DNA of 64,000 nt, from positions 19,014-83,013 of the forward strand of contig CAIJPD010000038.1 of the NCBI GenBank assembly GCA_903822495.1. Direction: 5' to 3'. Source of the stretch: an uncultured Chloroflexota bacterium (GTDB lineage: Bacteria; Chloroflexota; Limnocylindria; Limnocylindrales; CSP1-4). Below the pieces are notes generated by a model. It did not search any database. It was not told where the DNA came from and was given only the letters and a program-made list of their open reading frames with translations. This document shows positions 19,854 through 32,111 of the stretch, piece after piece. The position numbers and the translations under genes were made by a program. The stretch's first letter is position 1; the number at the start of each line of letters is the position of its first letter.

Positions 19854-21779
19854 CTAGTTGCTCTGGTAGAAGTTGCCGCGCTGCAGCAGGTCGGTGATCC
19901 GGAAGTCTTCCTGGATCCCGTAGTGCATCTGCAGGTAGTACTTGACGATCTCGGTGGCCACGTTGCCCTTGGTCCGGGAGTCATACGCGAAGGCGAGCAC
20001 GGCCAGGTCCGAATCGGTCCGGTCCACGGCCTTCATGCCCGTTGGGTCCGACGCCGTCTTCTGGGGATCCTTGGGGACGAAGGCGACGAACCACGAGTGG
20101 AACGGGAGGCGTCCCTCGGCATCCTTGAGGCCGAACTCCGCGGTACCCGACTTGCCGGCCACGACGATGGGCAGGTCGACCAGGTTGTAGGTGTGGCGGA
20201 CGAGGACGACATTTCGGGCCGCCTCTCGCATCGTCTTCAGGACCTTGTCGGAGACCTCCAGCTTGCGCAGGACCTCCGGCTGGAACGCCTGCAGCACACT
20301 CCCGTCCGGGCCCACGATGTCGCGCACCAACTGCGGCTTGTAGAGCGTGCCGCCGTTGGCCAGCGCGCTGTACGCGTTGATCATCTGGATGGGCGTCACG
20401 ACGTCGTAGCCCTGGCCGATGCCGGCCTGGTAGGTCTCGCCGGGAAAGATCGCCTGGCCGAGCGTGTCGAGCTTCCACTGGTTGGTCGGCACGATGCCCG
20501 ACACCTCGCCGGGCAGGTCGATGCCGGTGGGCTGGCCAAAGCCCAGCTGACTCGCCCAGTAGCCCAGCCGATCGATGCCGAGCATCCCGGCCACCTGGAA
20601 GAAGTAGGTGTCGCTGGAGTGGGCGAAGCCGCACAGGATGTCGCAGGCGCCCCAGCCCTGCTTGTTCCACTCGTAGAACTTCGTCTCGCCGATCGAGAGG
20701 AACGGCTGGGTGAGCAGCTGCGAGGTCGGCGTGATCCTGCCGTCGGCGAGCCCGCCGATGCCGGTCACCAGCTTGTAGGTGGAGCCCGGCGGGTAGTGGG
20801 CGTTGACGGCGTGGTTGAGGAGGGGCTTGTCCGGGTTGCCGAGGAGGGCCTGGTAGGCGCTGTTGCTGATGCCGCGCGCGAAGGCGTTGTTGTCGTACGT
20901 CGGGAGGCTGACCATCGCGAGAATCTCGCCCGTCTGGGGGTTCATGACGATGATGACGCCGCGCTTCAGGCCGGCGGTCTGCATGCCCCACTTGAGGGCC
21001 TCCTCGGCCATCTGCTGCTCTCGCCGGGAGATGGTGAGGACGAGGGAGCTGCCCGCCCCCGGTTCGGTGATGGTCTCGAGGACCTTGGTCTGCTGGCCGG
21101 CGGCGTTGCGTTCGACCACCTGCTGGCCGTACGTGCCGCGCAACGCCGTCTCGTAGACGGACTCCAGGCCCGTCTTGCCGATGAGATCGTCGCCCAGGTA
21201 GCCCTTGTCGCGGAGTGCCTGGAGCTGGGTGGCGCTGATCGGGCCCGTGTAGCCCAGGACCTGGGAGAGCAGCGGGCCGTCGACGTACTGGCGACGAGCC
21301 TCCACGTCGATCTGGACGCCGGGCAGGTCGAGGCGCGATTCGGCGATGAAGTTGGCGGTGGACTTCGGGACGTCGGAGGCGATTCGGACGGGATCGAACC
21401 GCGAGCCGGAGCTGCTGTCGATGGCGGTGTTGATGTCGGCCGGATCCAGCCCGAGGAGGCCCGCGAGCGTGGCGACGACGTCTGGTCGGCGCGGGAGCGG
21501 GAGATCAGCCGGCGTGATCTTGACCGAGTACGTGGGGACGTTGGCGACCAGCGCCTGCTTGTCTCGATCGTAGATCAGGCCGCGGGCCGCGGGAAGTGCA
21601 TTGAGGAGCGTCCGATTGGCCTGGGCCTGGGTGGTGTACCGGCTGGCGTTGAGGATCTGGAGGTAGAAGAGGCGCGCGGACAGGGACCCAATGCCGAGCA
21701 GGACCGCCAGGGCAAACACGAAGAAGCGCAGCGGACGACGCGCCGCCTCGGGCCGCCCGTTGAGTGAGAGGGTGCTCAT
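19854..21779 (-). CDS. mrdA: penicillin-binding protein 2 (class B transpeptidase)
   Basis: 641 aa with an N-terminal TM helix and the SxxK (GSTYK), SxD/N (HSSD) and KSGTA motifs. Confidence 0.9.
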   Translation of the reverse strand: MSTLSLNGRPEAARRPLRFFVFALAVLLGIGSLSARLFYLQILNASRYTTQAQANRTLLNALPAARGLIYDRDKQALVANVPTYSVKITPADLPLPRRPDVVATLAGLLGLDPADINTAIDSSSGSRFDPVRIASDVPKSTANFIAESRLDLPGVQIDVEARRQYVDGPLLSQVLGYTGPISATQLQALRDKGYLGDDLIGKTGLESVYETALRGTYGQQVVERNAAGQQTKVLETITEPGAGSSLVLTISRREQQMAEEALKWGMQTAGLKRGVIIVMNPQTGEILAMVSLPTYDNNAFARGISNSAYQALLGNPDKPLLNHAVNAHYPPGSTYKLVTGIGGLADGRITPTSQLLTQPFLSIGETKFYEWNKQGWGACDILCGFAHSSDTYFFQVAGMLGIDRLGYWASQLGFGQPTGIDLPGEVSGIVPTNQWKLDTLGQAIFPGETYQAGIGQGYDVVTPIQMINAYSALANGGTLYKPQLVRDIVGPDGSVLQAFQPEVLRKLEVSDKVLKTMREAARNVVLVRHTYNLVDLPIVVAGKSGTAEFGLKDAEGRLPFHSWFVAFVPKDPQKTASDPTGMKAVDRTDSDLAVLAFAYDSRTKGNVATEIVKYYLQMHYGIQEDFRITDLLQRGNFYQSN

Positions 21780-21786
21780 GACCGGC

Positions 21787-22281
21787 TCACCAGTCGAGCC
21801 GGTCCTGCTCGCGATATCGGTCGCGGATGGCCACGATCAGCGGGCCGAACAGGACGGCGACCACGACGTCGTAGATGACGCCGGGCATGACCGCATCGAC
21901 CGGGTTGGCGACGATGATCGGGGCGCGGATGGCGCCGTACAGCACGAGCTCGAGGAGCGAGTACGCGCCGCTGAGCAGCGCCACGGCGATGATCGGGACC
22001 AGCGGCCGCACCCTGATCAGGGTCCGCGTCAGCACCTGGGCCCCGCCGAAGGCGAGGAGCAGCGCGAAGGTGCTCATGCCGAATGGTCGGTTGGCCAGCG
22101 CATCCAGGACGATCCCGCCGACGAGGGCCCAGACCAGGGCTCGGTCCAGTCCGACGGCCACGACCCAGATGATCCCGAAGACGAGCACCGGATGGGGGTG
22201 GGCTTCGCCGATCCCGAAGTAGGGCAGCACCTCCAGGAGCGCGGCTGCGGTCGCCCCGATCGCGGCGAAGAACAGGCTCAT
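21787..22281 (-). CDS. mreD: rod shape-determining protein MreD-like membrane protein
   Basis: 164 aa, ~5 TM helices, immediately upstream of mrdA-rodA. The call rests on position and topology. Confidence 0.65.
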   Translation of the reverse strand: MSLFFAAIGATAAALLEVLPYFGIGEAHPHPVLVFGIIWVVAVGLDRALVWALVGGIVLDALANRPFGMSTFALLLAFGGAQVLTRTLIRVRPLVPIIAVALLSGAYSLLELVLYGAIRAPIIVANPVDAVMPGVIYDVVVAVLFGPLIVAIRDRYREQDRLDW

Positions 22282-22561
22282 GGATCAGGTCCTTGGCGGA
22301 TTGGCCATCCGTTCGGCTGGCCCGCGGCGGGCTGGAACCTTGCGTGAACGGCGGTGGAGCGGAAGTATCCCACGGTCCCTCGAGGAGCGGCAATCGGTGC
22401 CCGGTGAGCGACCCGACGGTGCGTCGGGCGGTCGCCGCCCGTGGCGGGTGGTGCCCTGTGGCAGGTGGTACCCCGTGGGACGGTCCGGTTGGCTGGGTCG
22501 ACCAGGGCAGATGGTTGGTCGCCGAATGCGTCGAGGCGGGCCGTACCAGGAGGCCAGCGTC

Positions 22562-22577
22562 GGTTGCACGTGAAACA
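22562..22577. promoter_or_regulatory. parS centromere-like site 1
   Basis: GGTTGCACGTGAAACA matches 14/16 to the TGTTTCACGTGAAACA consensus (15/16 if position 5 is treated as degenerate N). Confidence 0.8.
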
Positions 22578-22618
22578 TCGTCGCTCCTGACCCACCGGCT
22601 GGCAGACGCGACGACGTC

Positions 22619-22634
22619 CGTTGCACGTGAAACA
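22619..22634. promoter_or_regulatory. parS centromere-like site 2
   Basis: CGTTGCACGTGAAACA lies 57 bp after site 1 and ~170 bp upstream of parA. Confidence 0.8.
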
Positions 22635-22757
22635 CCGTCCCAGCACCCGCCGATACGTCGCAGTGAAGCCACGCTCGGCATCCTTGCCGCACGATCCACA
22701 GCACCGTCGCGCAGGACACCGGCGCGACTCTCGTCGGGGGTGGGAAGGGGTCCCCGA

Positions 22758-22766
22758 TGCTAGAAT
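22758..22766 (+). promoter_or_regulatory. candidate extended -10 promoter (TGCTAGAAT) for parA
   Basis: This is the only AT-rich patch in the gap and lies 36 nt upstream of the parA GTG. Confidence 0.35.
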
Positions 22767-22801
22767 TCCTCTTTGTGGACGGGTAGGGAACGGGGGACTG
22801 A

Positions 22802-23604
22802 GTGGCATTGACGGTCGCCTGCGCAAACCAGAAGGGCGGCGTCGGCAAGACCACGACGGTGGTCAATCTCGCGACATCCCTCGCGCTCAGCGGCCAGCGG
22901 ATCCTCGTCGTTGACCTCGACCCCCAGGGCAACGCCACCAGCGGGTTTGGCATCGACCGGGCCGCTCTCGAACGGACCACGTACGACGCGATGGTGGATG
23001 GGGTGGCCCTCTCCGAGGTCATCGTCCCCACCCGGATCCCCGGGCTCGACATTGCACCGTCATCAATCGCCCTGGCGGGCGGGGAGTTGGAGCTGGTCCC
23101 ACTGGAGATGCGCGAGCGTCGGCTGAGCCGGGCGATCAAGGACCTGGAGACGCCGTATGACGTGGTCCTGATTGACTGTCCGCCGTCCCTCGGCCTGCTG
23201 ACGGTCAATGCCCTCACGGCGGCGGACTCCGTCCTGATCCCCGTCCAGTGCGAGTACTACGCCCTCGAGGGGTTGTCCCAGCTGATCGGCACGGTGCACC
23301 TGGTTCGCGACCACCTCAACCCCGCGCTGGAGCTGGAGGGTGCGCTCCTGACCATGGCCGACGCGCGGACCAACCTGTCATCGGATGTCGCCAACGAGGT
23401 CCGGCGAGCGCTCGGCGACGCGGTCTACGACACGGTGATCCCCCGCAGCGTGCGACTCTCGGAGGCGCCCAGCCACGGCCTGCCCATCGCGCTGTACAGC
23501 CGCGACTCCAAGGGCGCCGAGGCGTACGGGCAGTTCGCCTCGGAATTCGCCGCCCGAATCGCGAGCAGGCGTCCGCGGACGGCCGCGATGGCAGGAGCCG
23601 GCTG

Positions 23605-23605
<1 letters not shown>
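22802..23605 (+). CDS. parA: chromosome partitioning ATPase ParA/Soj
   Basis: Deviant Walker A motif: MALTVACANQKGGVGKTTT. Confidence 0.93.
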
Positions 23606-26432
<2,827 letters not shown>

Positions 26433-26451
26433 GACGCGCGGCGGCGTGGCC

Positions 26452-26964
26452 ATGGACGAGCCGGTGACCAACCTGGCGGAGGTGACGCTGGGCGGGAGCA
26501 GGATCATGTACGCCCCGCACGGGTGCTTCGCCTGCGGTGTGCTCAACGAGCATGGCCTCCGCCTCTCCCTCCACGCCCAGGACGACCGGTGCTGGAGCGA
26601 GATCACCCTGGACGATCGGTTCCAGGGGTGGGATGGCATCGCCCACGGCGGCATCCTCTCGACGATCCTCGACGAGGTCATGGCCTGGACCCTCGTGGCC
26701 CAGGACGCGTGGGGCATGACGGCTCGCATGACGGTCACCTTCCACCGACCAGTCGTCATCGGCCGCCCCATTCGGGCCGAGGGCCGGATCATCGAGACCC
26801 GGCGGCGCGTGAGCCGGACCGCCGCCGCGATCACGGATGCGGCAACCGGCGAGGTGCTCGCCAGCGCCGAGGCCACCTACGTTGCGGCACCGGCGGATCG
26901 CCGGGCAGAGCTCAGGGCCCGCTACCAGTTCCGGCTGGTACCCGACGCCCAGGAGGCCGGGTGA
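26452..26964 (+). CDS. PaaI/4HBT-type hotdog-fold thioesterase
   Basis: ..GIAHGGILSTILDEVMAW.. with an N-terminal CFACG element. An alternative TTG start at 26422 would overlap the gyrB end. Confidence 0.8.
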   Translation: MDEPVTNLAEVTLGGSRIMYAPHGCFACGVLNEHGLRLSLHAQDDRCWSEITLDDRFQGWDGIAHGGILSTILDEVMAWTLVAQDAWGMTARMTVTFHRPVVIGRPIRAEGRIIETRRRVSRTAAAITDAATGEVLASAEATYVAAPADRRAELRARYQFRLVPDAQEAG

Positions 26965-28043
26965 TCAGCGTCGGCATCGCCCAGCCGTGGGGCAACACCA
27001 CCGGCCAAGGCGCGACCGTGCCCTCTGCGGGTTCCGCCGGCATGCAGCCCGCCCGCACGCCGGCCGTGGCCACGTCGTCCGCCGCGCGCCGGCCATCCCC
27101 CCAGACCGCGCGCGCCAACGCGTTCGTCCGTACCCACCTGGGCCGCGCCGAGGCACTCGGCAGGTCGCTGGCCCGCGACACCGGCAACCCTGATGCGCTC
27201 GCCCGGGTCCTGGACCGCGGCCTCGCGACCCTGGCCGATCCGGCCTATCTCGCCGGGCAGCGCCTGGTCGCGCCGGGCATCGGCCCGCTCCATGGCGTCC
27301 GGCGGCCGCTCCTCGACGCCATCGACCACGCCTTTGCCCATGCCACGGACGACACCTCGACGGACCTGCTGCTCCGGGTCGCCGCACGGCTGGTCCGCGA
27401 CGAGCGGCAGGAGCCGCGCTGGCTGGCGATGGGCCTGCTGGAGCGCACGATTGGCCGCGATCCGGAGCGCTCCTGGCAGCTGATCCGCCTCGCCGCGCGC
27501 GAGGCCGGCGACTGGATCGCCGTGGACACGCTCGCCCGCCCGGTCGCCATCGGCATCCTGAACGAGCCATTCCGCTGGGCCGAGCTGGAGCAGCTGGCCT
27601 TCTCGCCGTCCCGCTGGGAGCGACGCCTGATCGGCTCGGCCGTCGCCACCATCCCCCATGTCGGGCAGGCCGGCCGACAGGCCGCCATCGCGCGCCACTC
27701 CCTCCCACTCCTGGCCCAGCTGATGGGCGACGCCGAGCCGGACGTCCAGAAGGCGATCGGGTGGGCGTACCGCAGCCTGCTCCGCGTTGACGCCCTCGCC
27801 GTGGAGGCGGCCCTGCGCACCGAGGCGACCATCGCCGCCCAGTGGCAGGACGGGCACCGCGCCTGGGTCATCCGCGACACCCTCGCCAAGCTCCCGCCGA
27901 CCGCCGCCGCAGAGCTGCGGGCCGGCCTGACCGGCCTTCGCCGCCGCGCCGGCACCCCCGCCACCTCCAGCGCCGCCCGGACAGCCGCCGCCTTCGGCGT
28001 GCTCCCGGATCCGGCGGCCCACCCCCAGCCTCCGCTCTTCTAG
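26961..28043 (+). CDS. DNA alkylation repair (AlkD-like HEAT-repeat) family protein
   Basis: ..SPSRWERRLIGSAVAT.. and ..DVQKAIGWAYRSL.. resemble Pfam DNA_alkylation motifs. The GTG overlaps the upstream stop (GTGA). Alternative ATG at 27042. Confidence 0.75.
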   Translation: MISVGIAQPWGNTTGQGATVPSAGSAGMQPARTPAVATSSAARRPSPQTARANAFVRTHLGRAEALGRSLARDTGNPDALARVLDRGLATLADPAYLAGQRLVAPGIGPLHGVRRPLLDAIDHAFAHATDDTSTDLLLRVAARLVRDERQEPRWLAMGLLERTIGRDPERSWQLIRLAAREAGDWIAVDTLARPVAIGILNEPFRWAELEQLAFSPSRWERRLIGSAVATIPHVGQAGRQAAIARHSLPLLAQLMGDAEPDVQKAIGWAYRSLLRVDALAVEAALRTEATIAAQWQDGHRAWVIRDTLAKLPPTAAAELRAGLTGLRRRAGTPATSSAARTAAAFGVLPDPAAHPQPPLF

Positions 28044-28061
28044 CCCCAGGAGACACGACAG

Positions 28062-30644
28062 GTGACAGACGACACGGGCGAGGTCCGATCCGTCAGCATC
28101 GAGGACGAGATGCGGGTCAGCTACCTCGACTACGCGATGAGCGTGATCGTGGCGCGTGCCCTGCCGGATGTCCGGGACGGCCTCAAGCCCGTGCACCGCC
28201 GGATCCTGTACACGATGGGCGAGATGGGGCTGTCGGCCACCAGCTCGTTCCGCAAGTGCGCCGCGATCGTCGGCGAGGTGATGGGCAAGTACCACCCGCA
28301 CGGCGACGTCGCCCTGTACGACGCGCTCGTCCGGCTCGCCCAGGACTTCTCGATGCGCTACCCGCTCATCGACGGCCAGGGCAACTTCGGCTCGGTGGAC
28401 GGCGACTCGCCGGCCGCCATGCGGTACACCGAGGCGCGCCTGACCGGGATCTCCGCCGAGATGCTGGCCGACATCGACAAAGAGACGGTCGACTTCACCG
28501 ACAACTACGACGGCACCCAGCAGGAGCCTTCGGTCCTGCCGGCCCGCCTCCCGAACCTGCTGATCAACGGCAGCTCAGGGATCGCCGTCGGCATGGCCAC
28601 CAACATCCCGCCCCACCACCTGGGCGAGATCACGGACGCCACCATCGCGCTGATCAACGACCCCGACATCACGTCGGACGAGCTGTCGCGCTACGTCCTG
28701 GGGCCGGACTTCCCCACCGGCGGCACGATCTTCCGGTACGAGACCCAGCGCAACCCGATCACGGGCGAGAACGAGACCGTCGATGCCATCCGGCACATGT
28801 ACGCCCACGGCCGCGGCCGGGTGGTCATGCGCTCACAGGTCGCGTTCGAGGAGGTCCGCGGCGACCGGATGGCGATCATCGTCACCGAGCTCCCCTACCA
28901 GGTCAACAAGGCCAGCCTGCTCGAGAAGATCGCGGAGCTGGTCAAGGACAAGCGGATCGACGGGATCGCCGACCTGCGCGACGAATCCGACCGCGACGGG
29001 ATGCGCATCTACATCGAGCTGAAGCGCGACGCAAACCCGCACAAGGTCCTGAACAACCTGTTCAAGCACACGCCGATGCAGATGGCGTTCAACATGAACA
29101 TGCTGGCGTTGGTGGACGGGCAGCCGCAGACCCTGCCGCTCAAGTCGGTGCTCCAGCACTACGTGGACCACCGCCAGGAGATCGTCCGGCGCCGGACGGA
29201 CTACGACCTCCGCAAGGCGCGCGCCCGGGCCCATATCCTCGAAGGCCTCAAGAAGGCGCTCGACAACCTCGACGCCGTCATCGCGACCATCCGACGGTCC
29301 GCGGACACCGAGAACGCCCGCCGCAACCTCATGGCCGGGTTCGAGCTCTCGGAGCTGCAGGCCCAGGCCATCCTCGATATGCGGCTCGCCCGGCTGGCCG
29401 CCCTCGAGCGCAAGAAGATCGAGGACGAGTACTTCGAGGTGATCCAGCTGATCGCCGAGCTGGAGGACATCCTCGCCAACCCGGCCCGCGTCCTGGCGAT
29501 CATCAAGGACGAGCTGACCGAGCTGAAGCGCAAGTACGCCGGCCCGCGGCGGACACGGGTCCAGGACGATTCCAGCCGCGAGATGACCGACGAGGACCTG
29601 ATCGCGGACGAGGACGTCGTGATGACGATCTCTCGTCGCGGCTACATCAAGCGCCAGCCGGTCGCCGCCTACCGGCGCCAGGCGCGCGGGGGCAAGGGGA
29701 TCATCGGCCACGTCACCCGCGAGGAGGATGCGGTCGAGCACCTGCTCGTCGCCACCACCCACGAATGGGCGCTCTTCTTCACGAACCGCGGCCGCGTCTT
29801 CAGCGCCAAGGTCCACATGGTGCCGGATGCCAGCCGCCAGGCGAAGGGCATCCCGATCGTCAACCTGCCGGGTGTCCAGGTGGAGACCGGCGAGGTCCCC
29901 ATGGCCACGATCACGCTGAAGGACTTCAAGGCCGGCAGCTACCTGGTGCTGGCCACCCGGAACGGGATCATCAAGAAGACCCCGCTCGAACAGTTCGAGC
30001 GGGTCCGCTCCACGGGCATCCGAGCGATCACGATCGACGAGAAGGACGAGCTCGCCTGGGTCGATATCTCCGGCGGTGGCGACGACGTGATCATCGCGAC
30101 GGCCCAGGGCAAGATCGCCCGCTTCAACGAGGGCGACGTCCGGGCGATGGGCCGCGACGCCGCCGGCGTGATCGGCATTCGACTGGCGCGGGCCGGCGAC
30201 TACGTCGTGAGCATGAGCGTCGTCCAGCCCGAGGCGGACCTGCTGGTGCTGACGGCCACCGGCTACGGCAAGCGGGTGCCGTTGACCGAGTTCCGGACCA
30301 TGGGCCGCGGCTCACAGGGCGTGCGGCTGATCAGCCTGGAGGGCAAGAAGACCGGTGACGTCGCCGCGGTCCAGCAGGTGACCGAGAACGACGAGGAGCT
30401 CGTGCTGATCTCCGCCGGCGGCCAGGTCGTGCGGACGGACATCCGGACGGTGAACCGCCAGCACGCGGAGGCGCGCGGCGTCATCACGATGCGACTCAAC
30501 GAGGGCGACCGGGTCGTGGGCATCGCCGCGTTCCGTCCGGGACTGGCGGACCGCGATGGCATCAGCGACAATGACGCCCCGGGTACTGACGGGCCTGCCG
30601 GGCCCGGCCCCACGGCGCCCGGCCGCGACGCGCCGGTGTCGTGA
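28062..30644 (+). CDS. gyrA: DNA gyrase subunit A
   Basis: 860 aa containing ..[27 protein letters not shown].., ..HPHGD.. and ..[10 protein letters not shown]... AGGAGA lies upstream of the GTG. Confidence 0.97.
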   Translation: MTDDTGEVRSVSIEDEMRVSYLDYAMSVIVARALPDVRDGLKPVHRRILYTMGEMGLSATSSFRKCAAIVGEVMGKYHPHGDVALYDALVRLAQDFSMRYPLIDGQGNFGSVDGDSPAAMRYTEARLTGISAEMLADIDKETVDFTDNYDGTQQEPSVLPARLPNLLINGSSGIAVGMATNIPPHHLGEITDATIALINDPDITSDELSRYVLGPDFPTGGTIFRYETQRNPITGENETVDAIRHMYAHGRGRVVMRSQVAFEEVRGDRMAIIVTELPYQVNKASLLEKIAELVKDKRIDGIADLRDESDRDGMRIYIELKRDANPHKVLNNLFKHTPMQMAFNMNMLALVDGQPQTLPLKSVLQHYVDHRQEIVRRRTDYDLRKARARAHILEGLKKALDNLDAVIATIRRSADTENARRNLMAGFELSELQAQAILDMRLARLAALERKKIEDEYFEVIQLIAELEDILANPARVLAIIKDELTELKRKYAGPRRTRVQDDSSREMTDEDLIADEDVVMTISRRGYIKRQPVAAYRRQARGGKGIIGHVTREEDAVEHLLVATTHEWALFFTNRGRVFSAKVHMVPDASRQAKGIPIVNLPGVQVETGEVPMATITLKDFKAGSYLVLATRNGIIKKTPLEQFERVRSTGIRAITIDEKDELAWVDISGGGDDVIIATAQGKIARFNEGDVRAMGRDAAGVIGIRLARAGDYVVSMSVVQPEADLLVLTATGYGKRVPLTEFRTMGRGSQGVRLISLEGKKTGDVAAVQQVTENDEELVLISAGGQVVRTDIRTVNRQHAEARGVITMRLNEGDRVVGIAAFRPGLADRDGISDNDAPGTDGPAGPGPTAPGRDAPVS

Positions 30645-30670
30645 GACGCTTCGGGGAGCGGGAGGCGCCG

Positions 30671-31711
30671 GTGTACGCGGACCAGTTCGAGATCTACACC
30701 GGCAACGCCAATCGCGGCCTTGCCGAGAAGATCTGCCGCTACCTGGGAATGGACCTGGGGCGTCTCGAGGTCTTCCAGTTCTCGAACGAGAACATCTTCG
30801 TGAAGATCCTCGACAACGTGCGCGAGAAGGACGTCTTCATCGTCCAGCCAACCTCGCACCCCGTGAACGAGTCGATCATGGAGCTCCTGATCATGATCGA
30901 CGCCTTCAAGCGCGCCAGCGCTGGGCGGATCACGGCAGTCGTCCCGTACTACGCATACGGCCGCTCCGACAAGAAGGACCAGCCGCGCGTCCCGATCAGC
31001 GCCCGCCTGATCGCCGACATGATCACCGTGGCCGGCGCGGACCGTGTCCTCACGATGGACCTCCACCAGGGCCAGATCCAGGGCTTCTTCAACATCCCCG
31101 TCGACGAGCTGACGGCCGTCCACCTGCTCTCCAACTACTTCAAGCAGAAGCAGATCGAGGACCCGGTGGTCGTCACGGACCTCGGCTTTGCCAAGCGAGC
31201 CCGGACCTTCGCGGAGCTGCTCGACGCACCACTGGCCATCATCGAGAAGCGCCGGGTCGGCAACTCTGATCGAGCCGAGCTCCTCAACGTCATCGGCGAG
31301 GTCCGCGGGCGGCGGGCGATCATCGTCGACGACGAGATCGACACCGCCGGAACCCTGACCCAGATCGTCGGCGCCCTGGAGCGCGAGGGCGTCACCGAGA
31401 TCTACGCGTGCGCCACTCACGGGGTCCTGTCCGGCTCGTCCATCGAGCGCATCCGCGACGCCAACGTCCGCGAGGTCGTGATGACGGACTCCATCCCGCT
31501 GCCGCCCGAGAAGCAGCTTGCCAAGATCAAGTCGCTGTCCGTGGCCCCGCTCATCGGCGAGGCCATCCGCCGGATCCACCGCGGCGAGTCCGTCGGCGCG
31601 CTATTCTCGTCCGAGGTCTCGTTCACGCAGGATCTGCTCCTGTGGGACAGTCAGAACGAGCCGGACGCCCTCGGCAGCCAGGGCAGTCCGGACGCCGACA
31701 ACGCCGCCTGA
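30671..31711 (+). CDS. prs: ribose-phosphate pyrophosphokinase (C-terminal extension)
   Basis: ..FSNENIFVKILDNVREKDVFIVQ.., ..VVPYYAYGRSDKK.. and ..IIVDDEIDTAGT... GTG at 30671 has GGGAGG 5 nt upstream. The alternative GTG at 30641 overlaps the gyrA stop. Confidence 0.93.
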   Translation: MYADQFEIYTGNANRGLAEKICRYLGMDLGRLEVFQFSNENIFVKILDNVREKDVFIVQPTSHPVNESIMELLIMIDAFKRASAGRITAVVPYYAYGRSDKKDQPRVPISARLIADMITVAGADRVLTMDLHQGQIQGFFNIPVDELTAVHLLSNYFKQKQIEDPVVVTDLGFAKRARTFAELLDAPLAIIEKRRVGNSDRAELLNVIGEVRGRRAIIVDDEIDTAGTLTQIVGALEREGVTEIYACATHGVLSGSSIERIRDANVREVVMTDSIPLPPEKQLAKIKSLSVAPLIGEAIRRIHRGESVGALFSSEVSFTQDLLLWDSQNEPDALGSQGSPDADNAA

Positions 31712-31756
31712 CAGCGCACCCACCACCGACACCAGCCGCAGTAGCCGAGAAGCCCG

Positions 31757-32017
31757 ATGACGCTCCAGCTCCACCGCCCGGACGGCCAGGGCGGCCTCGA
31801 ACCCGGACCGGCCCAGGCGCCCAACTGGCGCCGCCAGCTGCGCTCGCCGCGCTGGGGCCAGGGCATGGCGGACAAGCAGCTCCCCGCGCTCGCCAACCCG
31901 GAGATGAACCCCACCTCCACCCTTCGCTCCGTGCTGTTCTGGCTGGCCCTGGCGGCGCTGACCTTCGTCCTGCTCGTCGCGGGCTACGGGACCGGCTTCT
32001 GGCACGCCGCCGGCTGA
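31757..32017 (+). CDS. hypothetical small membrane protein
   Basis: 86 aa with a single C-terminal TM helix (VLFWLALAALTFVLLVAGY). Third-codon positions are nearly all G/C, as in genuine genes here. Confidence 0.5.
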   Translation: MTLQLHRPDGQGGLEPGPAQAPNWRRQLRSPRWGQGMADKQLPALANPEMNPTSTLRSVLFWLALAALTFVLLVAGYGTGFWHAAG

Positions 32018-32096
32018 TCGGCCCGTCGGCACGCGGCTGCGCCGCGACTGCGCCGCGGCTGATCGGCACCACGGGGGGCCACCGGCAGAACGCCCG

Positions 32097-32102
32097 TATA
32101 CT
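32097..32102 (+). promoter_or_regulatory. candidate -10 (TATACT) 9 nt before the secA ATG
   Basis: Read directly. There is no clear -35. Confidence 0.3.
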
Positions 32103-32111
32103 TTGCCGGTC

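Noticed and set aside
22282-22560. A possible degraded mreC or a small gene in the gap upstream of mreD.
   Set aside because: All six frames give Arg/Pro/Gly-rich sequence with mixed third-codon composition and no MreC-like coiled-coil or beta-domain pattern. I also could not recognise RNase P, SRP or riboswitch signatures by eye.
22692-22782. Weak DnaA-box-like 9-mers (CGATCCACA at 22692, TGTGGACGG at 22774) beside the only AT-rich patch of the parS gap, raising the possibility of a second origin at the strand-switch point.
   Set aside because: There are only two weak matches (7/9 and 6/9) and a ~19-nt AT-rich patch that is better explained as the parA -10 region. The dnaA-dnaN spacer has eight boxes and a 60-nt AT-rich element. 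It is kept only as context for the inversion hypothesis.
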